NCBI GenBank assembly: GCA_037441705.1
Contig: JBBIRR010000018.1
Span: forward strand, 1-64,000
Source: Ignavibacteriales bacterium
Lineage (GTDB): Bacteria > Bacteroidota > Ignavibacteria > UBA10030 > UBA6906
Reading direction: 5' to 3'
DNA: 64,000 bases
Positions within the stretch are counted from its first letter, which is position 1, and each line of letters begins with the position of its first letter. The notes under the pieces were generated by a model. That model was given only the letters and a program-made list of their open reading frames with translations, was not told where the DNA came from and did no database searches. The translations under genes were made by a program, and so were the position numbers. Positions 62,571-64,000 of the stretch are shown piece after piece.

Positions 62571-64000
62571 ATGAAAACAGGATACACGGCGGTCGCACTG
62601 CTTGCGATCGTGTTCATGTCCGCCGCCGAGCTGCATGCGCAGCGAGTCGGAGACTACCGCAGCAACGGCACCGGGGGCGGCAACTGGAGCGCACCGGCAA
62701 CCTGGCAGCGCTTCAACGGAACGACATGGGTGGCGGCAACAACACCGCCGACCGGCACGGCCCAAACCATCACCGTCAGAAGTACGGACTCGGTGTATGT
62801 TGATGTCGCAGCAACGATTTCCGACACGCTGAAGAATCAAGGCCGTCTTGGAGGCGGCACCAATCTCACCATTGCCAACGGCGGCGTCTTCCAGCACGAC
62901 CAGGATGCCGGTTCGCTTCCGCGAGCCACCTGGGCTGTCGGTTCAACCCTGTTGATGACGGGAACCACATCAACGGCGCCGGATAACCGCAATCAGAATT
63001 TCCATCATGTCGAGTTCAACACTCCGGGCCTTCTTTCCAACCTGAACATGAGCTGGGATAGCGTAACCATCGGGGGCGATATTCGTGTCGTCAACACCGG
63101 CAGTGCGCGCTGGTATATGACGACGGCGCTGGCAGGCGACTCTTCCATTTTTTCTATTATGGGTGATGTGATTGTCACGGGAGGGCAGTTCTCGACCAAC
63201 GGCACCAGCAACGCGAACACGAAATTCGTCATTCATCATTACGGTAACATCATTGTCACGGGCGGGAATCTCTCGATCAGTCGCGGATCGCAGGGCAGCG
63301 GGTCAGGCTCGACACGCTGGTATCTTCACAACGGCAACTTCTCGATGTCGAACGCCACGACGCAGAACTCCAACGCGGCCAATGCCTGGTTTGTGTTCGA
63401 TAAGCCCGGCACACAAACCTTGACGTTGGGCGCGAACAACACGCTGACGTCGCTTCCCATCGAAGTGAAACCGGGAACCCGCCTCGATATGGGGCTGAGC
63501 AAATTGCGCGGCAGCGGACTCTTCACGCTGAATCCGGGCGCGATGCTCATCACCGCACAGGAGGGCGGCGTGGATAGCGCGGTGAGCGTGACGGGAACCG
63601 TGACCATGACGGGCGCGAGTTTCATGTTCACCGGCACCGGCGTGCAGGTGACCGGCCTGACCATGCCTGCAACGGTTGATACACTCGCCATCAATCCTGC
63701 CAACAGTACCGACACCGTTCGGCTTTCGCAGCCGACAACCATCACCGGACGGTTGCGCTTGATGCGCGGGGTGTTCGATAACAGAATTCCGTTCACGCTG
63801 GGACCGAATGCAGAGATTTCCTTCGAAGGAGGAACATTGTTGGTCACCTCGGTGGATGAAACGTCGGGCATTCCAACGTCCTTCTTTGTGGAGCAGAACT
63901 ATCCGAACCCGTTCAATCCTTCCACCACCATTCGCTACGGGTTGCCTCGCGAAGCATACGTCACCGTCAGGGTCTATAATCTGCTTGGACAGGAAGTGGC
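62571..64000 (+). CDS. T9SS type A sorting domain protein (3'-truncated by window edge)
   Basis: GGAGG RBS, MKTGYTAVALLAIVFMSAAELHA|QRVGDYRS; in-frame [20 protein letters not shown] near 63890; absent from the ORF track because no stop is in the window. Confidence 0.85.
   Translation, partial: MKTGYTAVALLAIVFMSAAELHAQRVGDYRSNGTGGGNWSAPATWQRFNGTTWVAATTPPTGTAQTITVRSTDSVYVDVAATISDTLKNQGRLGGGTNLTIANGGVFQHDQDAGSLPRATWAVGSTLLMTGTTSTAPDNRNQNFHHVEFNTPGLLSNLNMSWDSVTIGGDIRVVNTGSARWYMTTALAGDSSIFSIMGDVIVTGGQFSTNGTSNANTKFVIHHYGNIIVTGGNLSISRGSQGSGSGSTRWYLHNGNFSMSNATTQNSNAANAWFVFDKPGTQTLTLGANNTLTSLPIEVKPGTRLDMGLSKLRGSGLFTLNPGAMLITAQEGGVDSAVSVTGTVTMTGASFMFTGTGVQVTGLTMPATVDTLAINPANSTDTVRLSQPTTITGRLRLMRGVFDNRIPFTLGPNAEISFEGGTLLVTSVDETSGIPTSFFVEQNYPNPFNPSTTIRYGLPREAYVTVRVYNLLGQEV

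Overview
A 64-kb GC-rich bacterial window, most likely from an Ignavibacteria/Kryptonia-like member of the FCB group. Support for this: T9SS C-terminal sorting domains, a PorV-family gene, canonical TTGACA-N17-TAnnnT promoters, GGAG Shine-Dalgarno sites and the look of the 16S. The taxonomy is an impression, not a database result. Contents in order: envelope and secreted-protein genes, two GT-C glycosyltransferases and glnE; a complete rrn operon (16S, tRNA-Ile, tRNA-Ala, an extra tRNA-like copy, 23S, 5S); an accessory block (two-component system, ECF41 sigma and its target, two gene remnants, a cytochrome c/c'-beta/MarR module); a 14-gene carotenoid/photolyase operon led by a CarH/LitR gene; a CysM-Mec-CysO/MoeZ sulfur-relay operon; phoD, mutS and tRNA-Leu; kduD-DUF4861-kduI; and the start of a TonB receptor/T9SS/PorV locus with no SusD. 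Best unexplained signals: (1) an unannotated Cys-rich leader peptide whose last codons form one arm of a terminator upstream of cysM, a candidate cysteine attenuator; (2) a family of small GGCGCC-N3/4-GGCGCC hairpins confined to the rrn operon, with an identical 17-mer in the anticodon arm of a duplicated pseudo-tRNA and at the tip of 23S helix 68; (3) the SusD-less PUL-like locus; (4) a Cys-rich MarR regulator with a palindromic operator next to a cytochrome c'-beta. All functional calls come from motif recognition by eye.
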